This document shows positions 33,937 through 44,624 of a stretch of DNA of 64,000 nt, piece after piece; position 1 is the stretch's first letter; the number at the start of each line of letters is the position of its first letter. The notes under the pieces were generated by a model, which saw nothing but the letters and a program-made list of their open reading frames with translations, was not told where the DNA came from and ran no database searches. The stretch spans positions 64,001 to 128,000 of the IMG/VR virus record IMGVR_UViG_3300009503_000018. The stretch is one strand, 5' to 3'. Source of the stretch: a virus. A program made the translations under genes and the position numbers.

Positions 33937-36004
33937 AGTGATATTCCGCCGTTACTGTCAAATTTCTTCCATCATAACCTGAATTTGATGGTTCACGCTG
34001 CATACCAATTGTGACTGGCACAGACGGCGTAGCTAAAAAGGGAAAGGGCCCAGGCGCATACAAAATCTGATTAGGAGGACCGTTCTTAGGGAATGTAAAC
34101 AATGTAAATTCTTGATCTCGAATAATCAAACGAACAGTCAGTGTCCCTACACTTGAAGGATGAGCTAATCGGGCAAAAATATTTTGAATATTGCCTGATC
34201 GTCCAAATGTATATGACAAAAGATAATTACCCGTAGCCGCCGCTGCATCAGCTATGCCTGCTTTGAGAGTCGGAGATGCCGGAGTTGTTAAATTAGTAAG
34301 ATCCGCCCATTTTAATATCGTCATGGTCAAATTGTCTTGTTTCCATTTGTCCTGATTCGTCTGGAACCCGTAATTCTCCGGACGATCTGGAGGAACAACA
34401 TTGGGCGGATCGACGTTGATTACGGCCCCATGTTGAATTGCGCCGCGACCTCCACGATGACCAAATAGGTTATTGGCATCAAAGTCGGTCAAATGTTTAA
34501 GAATCGTTTGATCGCCACCATACAAATTCCCCGCCTGGACTCCCGCAGCCGCCGTAGCTCGTTGACCGGCTGTTCCAGTTAGATTTTGCGCAGCCGACCC
34601 CGCGTGTGCAACGAACATCGACAATGGAGTCACAGGAACAACCAGTCGATCCAGTTGTAGGGTCCGCTTCTGCACATTCGCATTCGTAATCGTGCCGTAT
34701 CGGCGAAGATCCAGCGTCGGTTTGCCGGGCGGAACGAAAAACGGACTTGATGGATCAAATGGGGTATAGGTAATGCTGCCATTCGGTGCTGGGATTGTAA
34801 AATTCCCGAAATCTGAGATAGATCGGAACGTTGTCGATCCATCCCAGAATACCAGACCGATTGCAAAAAACTTTTTCTCATTCTTACCAGAAACATTGGA
34901 AAATTCGAGAGCATTATTGAGCCATTCTGGTATGCTATTGTTCAATGGAACAAGTGCGTCTAAGTCGCCTTTTTTCATGGCGAGAACTTGCAATCCACTA
35001 CTGTCGCTCCCGGCTTTGGCGACGATGTAGTACAGGCCCGCCTGTTGGCCAGTAAAGAGAATTGAAGTTGTACCAATTGCACTGGTATCGAAGCGCACTC
35101 CGTTGATTAACAGCGTTTCCGAAGAAGAAATCCCGTTGACGGTGACGGTATTCGTTGGGGCATTTGCAACAGAAAAAGCAAACGATCCCGAAATCGGAGT
35201 AAAATCGTCGTCTGCGGGCTCAAACCCAATCAAGCCATTGGAATGTTCGTTTGCTAAATGCTCTTGGAATTTCACATCGCCGCCAATATCGGATAACGTA
35301 AGTCCATGCGGATTATTGGTTGTAGGAATTCCTGTCCCGATTAAGCTACGATGGAATTCGTCTTTCGCGGAATGTATAGGGAATTCGTTGTTTGCAGGGC
35401 TTTCATACAAATTCTGCAAACTCGCAATTTGCTGACGAGTTTTCGGATTTACTCCTTGATTTGGCTGATCGCCACCTTTTGTCCGGACGAGCGGTGTATT
35501 CTGTTTTAAAGCGATTCCTGTCCCTGTTCCAACAAATTCGCCCAACAGAATAAAATTCCCATCAATAACTTGCGCATTCAAGGCGTTTGTTTTGGCCGCA
35601 GTTCGACCGGCATCGGTAGTGTCGGCAGCGACAAAAAATTCGCCGACGACTTGGGGCGTTGCCCGTGTATCAAACGTGACGGGATCGACTTCATGAGGTT
35701 TCGGATTAGAAGTCACCTCGGTAAGTCGGAGACCAAAAAAGGAACTCTTCCCGGCATCAAACGCCGCTCCGACGATGTTTGTTAGTGGGGTTGTTAAATT
35801 AATAATCTCGCCATTGAATAATGACGCTTTGCCAATCCCAACCGTAACCGAATTATTGACAATTGATAGCGTCAGACCTTCGATAACACCAAATCGACTC
35901 AATTGAGTCCGTGTTAGCAAAATTTCAGAAATTTTCGTATTTTCAGTATTATCTAAATCTGACTCGTCAACTTCTACACCGTCAGTGTACAGTGTCCTTT
36001 GCAT
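33926..36004 (-). CDS. Tail/baseplate-associated structural protein (fibre-like)
   Basis: 692 aa, beta-rich, distal in the tail module. Confidence 0.55.
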   Translation of the reverse strand: MQRTLYTDGVEVDESDLDNTENTKISEILLTRTQLSRFGVIEGLTLSIVNNSVTVGIGKASLFNGEIINLTTPLTNIVGAAFDAGKSSFFGLRLTEVTSNPKPHEVDPVTFDTRATPQVVGEFFVAADTTDAGRTAAKTNALNAQVIDGNFILLGEFVGTGTGIALKQNTPLVRTKGGDQPNQGVNPKTRQQIASLQNLYESPANNEFPIHSAKDEFHRSLIGTGIPTTNNPHGLTLSDIGGDVKFQEHLANEHSNGLIGFEPADDDFTPISGSFAFSVANAPTNTVTVNGISSSETLLINGVRFDTSAIGTTSILFTGQQAGLYYIVAKAGSDSSGLQVLAMKKGDLDALVPLNNSIPEWLNNALEFSNVSGKNEKKFFAIGLVFWDGSTTFRSISDFGNFTIPAPNGSITYTPFDPSSPFFVPPGKPTLDLRRYGTITNANVQKRTLQLDRLVVPVTPLSMFVAHAGSAAQNLTGTAGQRATAAAGVQAGNLYGGDQTILKHLTDFDANNLFGHRGGRGAIQHGAVINVDPPNVVPPDRPENYGFQTNQDKWKQDNLTMTILKWADLTNLTTPASPTLKAGIADAAAATGNYLLSYTFGRSGNIQNIFARLAHPSSVGTLTVRLIIRDQEFTLFTFPKNGPPNQILYAPGPFPFLATPSVPVTIGMQREPSNSGYDGRNLTVTAEYHYVA

Positions 36005-36079
36005 AATTCCCTCATATTAAACGAATTGTAGTAAATACGTTGGAGAGTCCATTAATATAGAACTTTTCCTTTTAAACAA

Positions 36080-36883
36080 TTATACCGTGGAAAACCCATA
36101 TGAAATAAAAATTTCCAGAGACGTAGCCGTACCGCTTGTCCTAACAACTTTCCAACTACACAAATCTCCAATGGACACTGGAATCTGTGTGGTAGAATCG
36201 GTTGTACCCTGCGGTGTAGACCCCGCCCCCGTAAGATTAAAAGCCAAGGCTGTGTCCGCACCGTTTTTTCTTAAAACGAGAGATGCCGTGCTTCCGCTTG
36301 CAAACTGACTCCATCGTACAAAAAAATTCTTGAATTTCCCAGTAACTGGCCACGGTGTTTGAGCCTGTGTTTCATTAAAAGCCGGAAAACCTCCCATATC
36401 AAAAAAAATAGGAGTAGCAGATAACGGACTAATTAGTAGAGCTGTTTGTGGTGAATCTGTATTACCAATTGCATAGTAACTTATGAATTTATTCTGTGTA
36501 TCTTCAAAAGCCGTTATTACATGCATAAAACCTGAGGGGGAGGGGGACCCACTTATCCAATTAGTTATATAATTTGTCTGTGAAGCCGGTATAACAGCAT
36601 TAACTGGTGTAAAACTCGCTGTAGTATTTAATCCGGATATCGCAATTGGGGGAGTCAAAGACGCGTTGTTATTATATTTAAGTCTATAAGAAACAGCATT
36701 ACCTGCACCTGGCGGTGTAGGCGCAATCGCAACAGTGGTTATGACGTTAATTCCGTCTAGGAGTATATTAGTTGAGTTAGGAACCGTCTGTTCGCCCGAA
36801 CTTCCCCCCACTATTGAACTCTGACTAAACATCGAGTCCCATCCAGTAGAAAAGCCTATTCTTCTCCATTTAATAAACGCCAT
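36080..36883 (-). CDS. Putative tail-tip/receptor-binding protein with tandem beta-sandwich domains
   Basis: S/T/G-rich; C-terminal P..G.FKNFF..LRKNG..GDL motif shared with neighbouring proteins. Confidence 0.5.
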   Translation of the reverse strand: MAFIKWRRIGFSTGWDSMFSQSSIVGGSSGEQTVPNSTNILLDGINVITTVAIAPTPPGAGNAVSYRLKYNNNASLTPPIAISGLNTTASFTPVNAVIPASQTNYITNWISGSPSPSGFMHVITAFEDTQNKFISYYAIGNTDSPQTALLISPLSATPIFFDMGGFPAFNETQAQTPWPVTGKFKNFFVRWSQFASGSTASLVLRKNGADTALAFNLTGAGSTPQGTTDSTTQIPVSIGDLCSWKVVRTSGTATSLEIFISYGFSTV

Positions 36884-36897
36884 AATTTATAACCCTC

Positions 36898-39800
36898 TTA
36901 TGAAGATAAATTCACTTTATACCCTGCCGATATCATACTCAAAGTCGTCGTCGATGATGGCACCGTAATTTGAACACACAAAGTATCTCCCGCATGAATT
37001 GGTAATGACCCAGTAGCACTTCCGATCCTACTTCCGCTTGTCATCGTCACAACAATTTCATTTCGCGCTACTCCATTCACACAGAACTTCGCCGTTAAAG
37101 AAGCCGCAGTTAAATTTCCCTGCAATACTATGAATAACGATGTTAACGTAAGATCAATAGGGATAATGGCAGTTGCAATACCAGGAGTCGAACTCAAACC
37201 ACCCAAGCTTTCTTGCGCGATTGCCCAATACGAAGTACCAGCTAGAGAAAATCCTCCACTGGTATTAGGAGTAAACAATGCGGCACTGCCCAACGTAGAT
37301 ACTGCGGTTGTCAATGTCCCTCCCAAAGAGATTGTTCCCGTCAAAGCTTTTTGTTGCTGGGTCGGTTCTTCGAAGACTTGGAGACCACATCCCCCGAAGG
37401 GAAGTTTTCCAAAGGGCTCAAATCCGAACCCACAATTGGATACAAACGGGCTGTCGACAATTCCGGCAACGGAGCGGACCCGATAATCATCGACATCAAA
37501 GTCTCCATATGCCGTAACACGGAATTGGACCAAATCACCCAATAGGAATTTATCACCAATATTAAACGGCACAAACGGTCCAAAATTCATATTAGCGTCT
37601 GTCGTTGCAAATTCCCATTGCTCATTAACGGGAGACACAAACTCGACCCGTAACGATTTGTATGTCAATGTATACGTTGCACTATCGTCAAATGCACCAA
37701 GGAATACCTCGACGGTTGTTTCATCAACAAACTGCCAAAATTCATCGCCGACCTCTTGGGTTTGACCAGCTACGGTCTTTTCAAGAGTAGCCAATGCTTG
37801 ATCCATAATCGCTGGGACAGTCAGCTTTGCGATACGGTTTTCATCCAGCGTCAAAACTTTTTGTACATCTTCCTTGATTTCTTCGACATTGCGGACTTTA
37901 TAACTATATGGCAACAATACATACGCCGTTTCTGGCTCAGGAACGGAAATCGGCGGCGTAGTATACTGATATTTGAGGAAATACTCAAACTCATATGTCG
38001 CTGTTGGATCAACTTCTGCGGGATTTAACACAATCGTATTTTCATTCTGGAATTGCCATCCGGATGCGCTTTGAGGAATCGGCATGCCGTTCTTGACAAG
38101 GAGGCTGTCTTGATCTGTTTTTGCAGTAAAATCCAGAGGCGCTGAGAATCCAACACCGCTAAATACGACGACTTGAGCATACCGTCCCCGTTCTATAGGC
38201 TTCAGATACGAGAAGCGGTCTGGAACACGGGGGACGACAACGAAATTTGTCGAGATTCCACTACTATTCGCGAAATCTCCGCTTGTCCCAAAAAAGAAGA
38301 ATCGAGCAGAACGATCGGGTTCAATTTTTTGTCCAACGGGTTTAATCGTCTGTGGATAACTACTATCCCGATCTACTCCGCCCGGGAAAAATGAATAATC
38401 AATAACCAAATCACTTGGAGATGGATCAGGGATAGTACTCGTCCCCGTTCGGGCTAATTGTCCCGTATCGTATCGAATAATATAATCGACATTCCGTGTA
38501 AATGGTTGCGGATCAACTCCGCCGGTTAACTGGCTGGTAATCGGTGATAACGTGACGACGGAAGAATTCGCCGTAAAGATCAACTTGTTACCAGCAACGC
38601 CGGGAGTGATCGCTCGGACTGTGACAATCCCCAGCTCCGTGTTAATTTCCGCTTCATGGGTCAATGAATTGGATAAGACTTGATCAACAAAATTCTGGAA
38701 AGTGTCGTCGGCGGTCAATCCAATTACGACTTGAATATTATTTGCCCCGATTACAAAATTGTTGTCAAACTCGTATACATCATCCCCAAGTCGGATAATA
38801 TCTCCATCAGCAGGATTTCCGGTATACGTAATAGTCCCAAACGCTTGGATGCCACGCCGAGAGACCGATTCTGAATTTTCAAAAATATTCTTGTTTTGTA
38901 AATCTGTAAATTGCGTACCAATAAGAACCACCGGTTCGTCATTAACTTCCTCGACAATTCCTACAAGTCCCGCCTCAATAACCGTAAATGAATCGGGATT
39001 TGCAATGGTCAACCGGTGCAATCCATATTCTCGCTGTTTATTACGCGGAATGGTATGACTGGATAGATGCAGCGATTTATCCGTTTCGTTAATTAAATAG
39101 GGTTCACTGGCCACGACGTGAATACCACTCGTTACTCCAGAGAACGTCATGCGTGCCTCAATCTCTTGAAACTTCTGACCCGGATCGGAGGCAATAACTT
39201 CTACGACTGCGGGACTTTCTGTAATCTGGAGCGGAGTCCCCGTATTAAGAATTCCCGAATCAAATCGTAAAGACGCATACCCCAAAATTCCGCTAACCAT
39301 GAGTCCACTGACCGCAATACCTGAAGGATGAAAAGCGCGAGTCCAAAACCGTAAATGCCAATCCGTGCCAAAAAACTTGTTCGCTTGAGGAACCGCCCGG
39401 GCAATTAACGAAACGACCCCGCTTCCGCCCGCAGCGACTTCCCATGCTGGACGCCGAGTACTAATGTCATTACAAACGCCCTCACCATCAGCAAATCCTA
39501 AAATGGGATTCGCACTTCCAAAACCAATAACCAGACAACTATTGACTCCAGAGTACAATGTCTTGAGACCCAATCGACCATGAGGAAACACATCAGGTAC
39601 TACTTCACAAAATGCAGTAATACCGCTTAAGCGGGCATTCAAATACGCGGCAACTTCATCACACGTCGGATTGTCCGGATCAACAAATCCGCCAGCGATA
39701 GCTCCATCTAAATGCCCAGAAGCTAATACTTTTACTTCCGGAACAACAGTGACTTGATTTGGGTCTGCTCCAGTTCCAACACGGCCGATTACGGAATACC

Positions 39801-42800
39801 CCGTCCCCGGAGTAAAAACATCACTTGACGGTCCAAGAATACTAAAGACCGCCAAGACCAACTCTCCGCTCGTAGACAGTGTAGAGGTCGGCCCAACAGT
39901 CAGACTCGTCCCTACGCCCGTATTTGTTGCCGTCTGATCGGCCATACAAACTGAAGCATTAAGGACACTAATCGCTACTCCATTAAATTGTTGCCCATTA
40001 TTGACGGAAACGATAATCGTGTCCGTCCCAGCCGTTAAATTACTTCCGAGAACACGTGAAAAGACATATACCCGACCGTTGCCTCCTGAAGTCACTGACG
40101 CATCGAGATTGTACGTCCCTCCTTGAGTATCAACGCAGGTCGGGGGTGTCGGATCTTGAGTCGTCGAGGCAGTACCAACACAGACGATAACTTTATTCCC
40201 AGTAAAAACTGTTGATGTAATCCCAACCGTCGCTGTCTGAATTCCCGAAATTGTTTGGAATGTTCCAGCAACTGCAACTGTCGGCGGTGTAGCCGCCGTT
40301 TCGTATGTCACTAATGCGGCCGCATAATTTCGACTGATATTATTGGTTCCTGTCGCTGTCTGCGCTGAGGTGTCTCCATTGTTCGGAAGAATCGTCAATA
40401 CAGAAGATTCTTTTCGAAAAGGTGTCGTATTTCCTGCGACGCCTGGAGTATTCGCCGTGACGGTAATCGTGTTAGACGTGACATCTAAAGTCGTTGTTGC
40501 CTCGCCGACGGCATTCACCAATGCCGTTAGCCCCGAATACGTAAACCCAACACCAGAAGGATTTATGGGAACAAGCATCGTCCCACCACAAATCCCTGAA
40601 GCATTACTATCAAATTCATATCCGACTGAACCAATAACCAACACGTCCCCATCAGCAGGTTGACCACTATACGTAATCAATCCACCAGCGTTCAGTGCAG
40701 TTCCGCCGGACAAAAATCCGGGATTCCCCGTAATCAACGTAAAAGCAGGAGGAGAAGCTGCATTTCCTAAAAAGATAATCTGGTTTCCAGAAAGACCTTC
40801 CTGTGCTTGAATAAGGATTTGGTTGGTGTCCGTATTAATCGTTGCACTCACCAATGAGGATTCAATGTTGATTTCTTGAGTTAATTGAATATAGGGCTGA
40901 TCAATCGTGTCTTGCGGAGGCGGATTATTCGGATCCAGATCTTGAATATGAATCGGGATTGCACCTGGCTGAACAGCCGGCAAACTCCCACCAAACAAAA
41001 ATCCCCCAGAAGGATTTAGCGTAATCGCAGTCGAATTTGCTTGGAATGATATGGTATCGCCTATTGGACCAATAATTTTTGCTCTAAACGTAATTGTTTT
41101 AGCAGTTGTATCGAGTACCGCAGTAACCATCGAGCCCAAAAATGCAACGACGTTTGACTGTAAGATCGAGAAAGTCTCATCGTCTGTAGCACCGATAACA
41201 GACTGAATATGTCCAGGAGCGACCACACAATCCGAATCAAATTCAAAAACAACTCCACCGAGAGTAAAAGTGTCCCCATCGGCAGGTTGTCCGCTGTACG
41301 TTAGTACGCCGGAAGAACGAGAACCGATGTCAAATTCAAAAACTTGATTACCAATATGGACAAAGTCGCCATCTTGAGGATATCCGGTATAAGAGATAAT
41401 TCCAGAAGCGCTCTGCGTTTCGTTCTTAAAAACGACTTTTTGCATGCGACTATCATTGGCGACGTGGAATTCAAGAAGCGTTTTATTGGTGCATTCCCAC
41501 ACCAAATCATCTATGGTAGCTAAAGCGCCTGGACCGGCCGGATCAGGAGAAACCGTGATCAATAATTGTGCGAATTTTGTAGTCGGCGGAGGTGTTGCTT
41601 CTAAACTAAAAGACGAATAATCTTGCGATGGAGCAGGCAACAGAATACCAGTATCGTCTGATCCCAACAAAGTTTGATTTTGGTCAAAATATTGAAATGT
41701 ATACTTAAATTGCGCCGAAACAGCCGGAGAAATAGCGGCGCCCACTGTCGTCGGCGCCTCAGACAACGAATGAAAAATCGTATACGCCGCACCATTCAAC
41801 GGTCTTCGATAAACAAAATACCGACTATTATTGACTGGTGTAGGAGATCCACCCCAATCCCCAACACCGATTACGGTGTGATCTATAAACAAAATATCAC
41901 GAACAATCTGCCGATGAACCCCATTAATAATCGTGTCAACTCGGATTTTATCTCGTACATAGAACAGCCCAGGATTGAAAGAAGGGGCGGTTTGAACACC
42001 GGCGGCGATAAAATCTTGTGTTGGATCTATCAGCCCTTTTGACGTGTACGTTACTGGAACAAGAGATGCACCACCAGAAACATAAACATCCTTCGGAGTT
42101 CCATTCGGTCCTTTCCGCCAAAGATCAATAGCTAGTACGCTGACGAAGACGCCTTTAATTACGCCGTCAAATAAATGAACCCCATCGTCAATATGCACCA
42201 CCATTCCGACTTTAACACCCAGATCAACGAAATTAACACTCAAATCTGTGAGGGTTACTGTGACTTGATCTGGGGTCGAAATTATCGGATCCTCTCCTAC
42301 TTGTTTATCAACATAACCAAAAACGGCGTTCGATGTCTGCCAAGTAAAAAGTGTTGGAGGATTTGGCGGACTAATATAAACCGGTCCTTCATTCGTCGCC
42401 TGATGAAACCCGGTCAATTGTAATACACATCCGCTGCTTGGTATTGATTTCTTTTCTGTTTTTATAGTATTGACTACGTCAACAAGGGTCGTGCCGACCA
42501 AGGTTCGTCTCGTGCGGACAGCCAACGAGGTATGTCCACTGTGAGATTTACTCGTCGTAATAAAGAAATCGGGTCCGTCGGTCGTGTCCCATTCCGTAAA
42601 CCCATTATTAAAACTTCCATTCCCTAACAGCTTCGTCCCTATCAAGCCAGGATACGGAGAGTCTTTTGTGGCTTTTACAACAGCGCTGCCTGTTCCAAAA
42701 ATAGCCGCATCAATGCTCTTCGGTAGCGACAGAGACCCTGTTGGAGCCTCAATACGCCAATCAAACGGTTGTGATCCCTGTAATCCAGGAGGTGGCGGAG

Positions 42801-43485
42801 CGTTTTGTCGAGTAAAATTATCCAATCCAAACAACGTATCCGCAGTCGATGCGATTTCGATACGAACCGATCCACCAGCATCTGATCGTAACGTTTCAAT
42901 ACAAAACCGCTTTCCAAATAAACTCGCCACAGCACCAATTAATTGCGAGTTAATAGCGTCAATGACTTCCTGTTCAGTAACCGCATCACCACTTGGTAAT
43001 GTAATCGTTTGCGGCGTACCACCATCGACCGTGACAATTAAGGTATTCGTATCTTGAGTAATAGTATACGGTCCATCGACAGTAGCACAAACAAAACCGT
43101 CTCCGTGCTTAAAAAAGCGATTCGGAAGATACTGAAAGCCCAACAACCACCGAGAGAGTGATCTTACATCTCGAATAACGGGAGGGATCATGGTCGTCGC
43201 GGCGACGACTTGCGAAATACCCTCGCCAGTTCCCCCGAGCATCAAAAATGCTTGAATCGTTTCTTGCAAATGTTCGCGGAAAACTTCCAACTGCCAAGCC
43301 GGATCAATTTTTCCCCCAGTCAGCACCGCATACCGATCACTCAGATCGCTGATCGCGGCTGTGCTCAAATATATCGCAGCTAATGCGGCCTGGCGTTGAT
43401 CTTCGATTTGTTCAAAGATTTCGCCGATCGCTTCTTCCCAAACTGCGATATTGGAGCCAAAAAAGAAATCTGTAAAATCCGCCAT
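36898..43485 (-). CDS. Very large baseplate wedge/fibre protein with internal repeats
   Basis: 2195 aa; four TY(S/T)G.P.DGD....G...(F/Y)EFD repeats; a domain shared with the sheath. Confidence 0.7.
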   Translation of the reverse strand: MADFTDFFFGSNIAVWEEAIGEIFEQIEDQRQAALAAIYLSTAAISDLSDRYAVLTGGKIDPAWQLEVFREHLQETIQAFLMLGGTGEGISQVVAATTMIPPVIRDVRSLSRWLLGFQYLPNRFFKHGDGFVCATVDGPYTITQDTNTLIVTVDGGTPQTITLPSGDAVTEQEVIDAINSQLIGAVASLFGKRFCIETLRSDAGGSVRIEIASTADTLFGLDNFTRQNAPPPPGLQGSQPFDWRIEAPTGSLSLPKSIDAAIFGTGSAVVKATKDSPYPGLIGTKLLGNGSFNNGFTEWDTTDGPDFFITTSKSHSGHTSLAVRTRRTLVGTTLVDVVNTIKTEKKSIPSSGCVLQLTGFHQATNEGPVYISPPNPPTLFTWQTSNAVFGYVDKQVGEDPIISTPDQVTVTLTDLSVNFVDLGVKVGMVVHIDDGVHLFDGVIKGVFVSVLAIDLWRKGPNGTPKDVYVSGGASLVPVTYTSKGLIDPTQDFIAAGVQTAPSFNPGLFYVRDKIRVDTIINGVHRQIVRDILFIDHTVIGVGDWGGSPTPVNNSRYFVYRRPLNGAAYTIFHSLSEAPTTVGAAISPAVSAQFKYTFQYFDQNQTLLGSDDTGILLPAPSQDYSSFSLEATPPPTTKFAQLLITVSPDPAGPGALATIDDLVWECTNKTLLEFHVANDSRMQKVVFKNETQSASGIISYTGYPQDGDFVHIGNQVFEFDIGSRSSGVLTYSGQPADGDTFTLGGVVFEFDSDCVVAPGHIQSVIGATDDETFSILQSNVVAFLGSMVTAVLDTTAKTITFRAKIIGPIGDTISFQANSTAITLNPSGGFLFGGSLPAVQPGAIPIHIQDLDPNNPPPQDTIDQPYIQLTQEINIESSLVSATINTDTNQILIQAQEGLSGNQIIFLGNAASPPAFTLITGNPGFLSGGTALNAGGLITYSGQPADGDVLVIGSVGYEFDSNASGICGGTMLVPINPSGVGFTYSGLTALVNAVGEATTTLDVTSNTITVTANTPGVAGNTTPFRKESSVLTILPNNGDTSAQTATGTNNISRNYAAALVTYETAATPPTVAVAGTFQTISGIQTATVGITSTVFTGNKVIVCVGTASTTQDPTPPTCVDTQGGTYNLDASVTSGGNGRVYVFSRVLGSNLTAGTDTIIVSVNNGQQFNGVAISVLNASVCMADQTATNTGVGTSLTVGPTSTLSTSGELVLAVFSILGPSSDVFTPGTGYSVIGRVGTGADPNQVTVVPEVKVLASGHLDGAIAGGFVDPDNPTCDEVAAYLNARLSGITAFCEVVPDVFPHGRLGLKTLYSGVNSCLVIGFGSANPILGFADGEGVCNDISTRRPAWEVAAGGSGVVSLIARAVPQANKFFGTDWHLRFWTRAFHPSGIAVSGLMVSGILGYASLRFDSGILNTGTPLQITESPAVVEVIASDPGQKFQEIEARMTFSGVTSGIHVVASEPYLINETDKSLHLSSHTIPRNKQREYGLHRLTIANPDSFTVIEAGLVGIVEEVNDEPVVLIGTQFTDLQNKNIFENSESVSRRGIQAFGTITYTGNPADGDIIRLGDDVYEFDNNFVIGANNIQVVIGLTADDTFQNFVDQVLSNSLTHEAEINTELGIVTVRAITPGVAGNKLIFTANSSVVTLSPITSQLTGGVDPQPFTRNVDYIIRYDTGQLARTGTSTIPDPSPSDLVIDYSFFPGGVDRDSSYPQTIKPVGQKIEPDRSARFFFFGTSGDFANSSGISTNFVVVPRVPDRFSYLKPIERGRYAQVVVFSGVGFSAPLDFTAKTDQDSLLVKNGMPIPQSASGWQFQNENTIVLNPAEVDPTATYEFEYFLKYQYTTPPISVPEPETAYVLLPYSYKVRNVEEIKEDVQKVLTLDENRIAKLTVPAIMDQALATLEKTVAGQTQEVGDEFWQFVDETTVEVFLGAFDDSATYTLTYKSLRVEFVSPVNEQWEFATTDANMNFGPFVPFNIGDKFLLGDLVQFRVTAYGDFDVDDYRVRSVAGIVDSPFVSNCGFGFEPFGKLPFGGCGLQVFEEPTQQQKALTGTISLGGTLTTAVSTLGSAALFTPNTSGGFSLAGTSYWAIAQESLGGLSSTPGIATAIIPIDLTLTSLFIVLQGNLTAASLTAKFCVNGVARNEIVVTMTSGSRIGSATGSLPIHAGDTLCVQITVPSSTTTLSMISAGYKVNLSS

Positions 43486-43509
43486 GTCTATTTTGTGCTT
43501 AATTCAATT

Positions 43510-44022
43510 TTATGACCCAATAATTTGTAGATCGTAAGTAAATTGGATTTGTGTGCCCTGGGAGACAAGAATAGGAGCGAATTTGCTCCGATCAAATAAT
43601 ACTCCGCCCGTCGCAGCGGAAAATAATCCGTGCTCGGTAATTGCGAATGTCCCATTGTATGTGTGCGCTGCAACAGACCGGTAATTTCCGGGTCCGGTAC
43701 TGGTTTGAGTCCCAACTTCCCGAGTTTCTACTTCGGATCCAAGAGAGATATCCGTTCCGGCTTCTGCCGCCGTACCGGTTCCGCTAGCATGATATTTGAA
43801 ATTTTGCAATGTCGTCGCAGACCCGCCTTGCAATACTGCAACAATTTGCGCAATTGCCCCTTGAGTTACAACGGCCTTTGATACAACCCCAAGATCTGTC
43901 CACTCATTCTCTCCAGGATAACGAACACGAATTGACAATTGTCCCACAACTTTAAGCGGAATTTCCTGAATTCTGTTGCGGCGGCGGTAGTCAAGAATTC
44001 GTTTTTTTATAAATTTTTCCAT
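43510..44022 (-). CDS. Putative baseplate/tail structural protein
   Basis: GTGTAAEAGTDISL..ITEHGLF..LFDR..FTYDL, typical of phage tail-associated proteins. Confidence 0.55.
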   Translation of the reverse strand: MEKFIKKRILDYRRRNRIQEIPLKVVGQLSIRVRYPGENEWTDLGVVSKAVVTQGAIAQIVAVLQGGSATTLQNFKYHASGTGTAAEAGTDISLGSEVETREVGTQTSTGPGNYRSVAAHTYNGTFAITEHGLFSAATGGVLFDRSKFAPILVSQGTQIQFTYDLQIIGS

Positions 44023-44624
44023 TAGAAAGTTTCCTCTGTCTGAATTTCAATATTATTATCCCCCGAACGCGATACGACAGGAAATTCAATAGTATCACCG
44101 GGGTTCAATCGGGGAAAAGAAGAAGTATTCAATGCGTCGATTCCGTTTTGGAGGAGACGAACGATTACGGGAAATCCTTCAATATTTTTGAAAAGATAAG
44201 TATATGGTGTATTTGAGGTTGGAACTACCCACTTACCGCCCCCCACATAAAAATTATGGTCCACAATTGCCCCATCCAGCTTTTTAAAAAAATGTTTGTT
44301 GTCACGAAAAATCTCTGCCGGATTATTACGAGTTACAGTATATACTAATGTTTGTGTTTTTGTTTGATTAAAATCTTGATTTAGACGATTGTCAATAGCT
44401 TTAAATTTCAAAACTGTTGTTGTGGAAATTTTTATCGTAACAGGAGCATCCTGTTTGAATGTCCCCAATGCTCCATCTTGTGGAATACTTCCATCGAGCG
44501 TATATAAAATAAACGCGGGGACATTCGTATCAAGTACGACCTCATCGCCCGCTTCAAACGACGGCGATGGAAGTGGAGATGCCACAACTTTTACTGGAAC
44601 AAATAGACTTTGAACTTTCATCAT
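44022..44624 (-). CDS. Protein with chitobiase/beta-hexosaminidase C-terminal (FN3-associated) domain
   Basis: ILYTLDGSIP..PVTIKISTTTVLKFKAID. Confidence 0.7.
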   Translation of the reverse strand: MMKVQSLFVPVKVVASPLPSPSFEAGDEVVLDTNVPAFILYTLDGSIPQDGALGTFKQDAPVTIKISTTTVLKFKAIDNRLNQDFNQTKTQTLVYTVTRNNPAEIFRDNKHFFKKLDGAIVDHNFYVGGGKWVVPTSNTPYTYLFKNIEGFPVIVRLLQNGIDALNTSSFPRLNPGDTIEFPVVSRSGDNNIEIQTEETF

